Shown: piece by piece, positions 63,089 to 64,000 of the stretch
Layout of the letters: each line of letters starts with the position of its first letter
How positions within the stretch are numbered: position 1 is the first letter of the stretch
Assembly: GCA_035541435.1 (NCBI GenBank)
Contig: DATKNL010000009.1
Span: forward strand, 14,687-78,686
DNA: 64,000 bases
Direction of reading: 5' to 3'
Source: Minisyncoccota bacterium
Lineage (GTDB): Bacteria > Patescibacteriota > Minisyncoccia > UBA6257 > 2-01-FULL-56-20
Notes under the pieces: generated by a model
The model's database searches: none
What the model saw: the letters and a program-made list of their open reading frames with translations, nothing else
Told to the model about the DNA's origin: nothing
Program-made: the position numbers and the translations under genes

Positions 63089-64000
63089 ATGAATCCGCTC
63101 GACTATCTGAGATCGGCAGCGCGCTTCGCGGACCTCGAGCCCGCGTCTTTCGCGCGCGCGGTCCGCGTGAACCTTATCACGAACTTCACGGACGACATCC
63201 TGAAGAACATCTTCGTGGGCGTCCACCTGCAACACGACGTCTATCCCGACATCCGCAGGGCCCCGTACAAGCAGTATCATCTCGAGCTCAAAAACCCCGC
63301 GAGTGCGCTCTATACCGACAAGCCCGACTTCACGTTCGTCCTCTTCGACGCGAACCCGTTCAAGGAATCGGCCTTCGGCCTGTCGCCCGAGCACTTCGAC
63401 GACGTGCTGGCCGACATCGAGGCCTATGCCGCGCGGGCCGGCGGGACGGTCGTCGTGAGCCACTTCATCACGTCCTATCAGAGCTCCTATCAGAACCTCG
63501 TCCGCGAGAACCCGCTCTTCGCGCGCATCGAGGGCTATAACCACGCGATCGACGAACTCGCCGCGCGCGTGAAGAACGTGAAGGCGTTCGACACGAACCG
63601 CATCGTCCACGTCGTCGGCGAGCGGCACGTCTTCGACCTGCGCGGCCTCTATGCCTTCGACATCCCCTTCACGCACGAGTTCATGGCGATCCTTGCCGAG
63701 GAATGGTTCGCCTATGTGCGCGCGGCGACGGGCGGCCTTAAGAAGTGCATCGTGCTCGACCTCGACAACACGCTCTGGGGCGGCGTCGTGGGCGAGCTTG
63801 GCGCGACCGGCATCGCGCTCGGCCCCGACTATCCGGGCAACGCCTTCGTCGGATTCCAGCGCGCCCTGCTCGACTTCCACAACCGCGGCATGATCCTCGC
63901 CGTAAACAGCAAGAACAATCCCGAGGACGTTGCCGAAGTCTTTGCGAAGAACCCGCACATGGTGCTCAAGGAGAAGCACTTCGCCGACATCCGTACGAAC
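63089..64000 (+). CDS. HAD-superfamily IIIC / FkbH-like domain protein (partial; continues beyond window end)
   Basis: Frame-2 ORF open to the window edge, hence not in the track. Contains KKCIVLDLDNTLWGGVVGELG, the FkbH/HAD-IIIC DxDxT motif, and ...ILAVNSKNNPEDV. Confidence 0.6.
   Translation, partial: MNPLDYLRSAARFADLEPASFARAVRVNLITNFTDDILKNIFVGVHLQHDVYPDIRRAPYKQYHLELKNPASALYTDKPDFTFVLFDANPFKESAFGLSPEHFDDVLADIEAYAARAGGTVVVSHFITSYQSSYQNLVRENPLFARIEGYNHAIDELAARVKNVKAFDTNRIVHVVGERHVFDLRGLYAFDIPFTHEFMAILAEEWFAYVRAATGGLKKCIVLDLDNTLWGGVVGELGATGIALGPDYPGNAFVGFQRALLDFHNRGMILAVNSKNNPEDVAEVFAKNPHMVLKEKHFADIRTN

Overview
This is a high-GC (~65%), gene-dense bacterial chromosomal segment with no rRNA, CRISPR array or recognisable transposase/integrase. 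Most long plus-strand ORFs in the six-frame track are Arg-rich antisense artefacts of minus-strand genes. They were rejected on composition and on the opposite strand having clear family motifs. Supported content, from start to end: (1) Type IV pilus/competence genes: pilM (partial), comF, and a 484-aa prepilin-like protein carrying NHL beta-propeller repeats. (2) An ECF sigma / membrane anti-sigma / secreted-protein operon. (3) A nucleotide-metabolism cluster: an RfaE-II-like nucleotidyltransferase translationally coupled to a two-domain dCMP-deaminase protein, convergent with a folA–thyA–HIT-like operon. (4) Three tRNAs, Gly-GCC, Arg-GCG and Ser-GGA; the latter two sit next to low-GC islets flanked by tRNA-fragment repeats and long palindromes. 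(5) HU, an SPFH protein, and a 1172-aa surface protein with a peptidoglycan-binding domain and a TG-repeat linker. (6) A dense array of TTGCCGGAT motifs, including three palindromic operators, spanning a wHTH gene and a neighbouring 158-aa gene; this looks like a small autoregulated regulon. (7) ABC transporter, HAD phosphatase and YjjX-like NTPase genes, and a second ECF sigma with an unknown 368-aa partner. (8) Heat-shock and redox genes: htpX, lemA, folB, alkB-like, groES/groEL with a CIRCE operator, trxB, glutaredoxin, FMN reductase, ArsR and DsbA. (9) A ~25-kb cell-surface glycan locus (38.9 kb to the window end). It encodes two DedA paralogues, GT2, GT4 and GT9 glycosyltransferases, a polyprenyl-phosphate sugar transferase, a Wzx flippase, an ADP-heptose pathway (hldE, hldD and standalone RfaE-II/TagD-like cytidylyltransferases), a DUF89 phosphatase and a cupin isomerase that may replace GmhB and GmhA, an FkbM methyltransferase, acpS and an FkbH-like HAD-IIIC protein. 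Gene content and architecture weakly suggest a Patescibacteria/CPR-like or otherwise small-genome, LPS-independent lineage; this is inference only. Hand-counted coordinates may be off by 1–2 nt; coordinates taken from the ORF track are exact.
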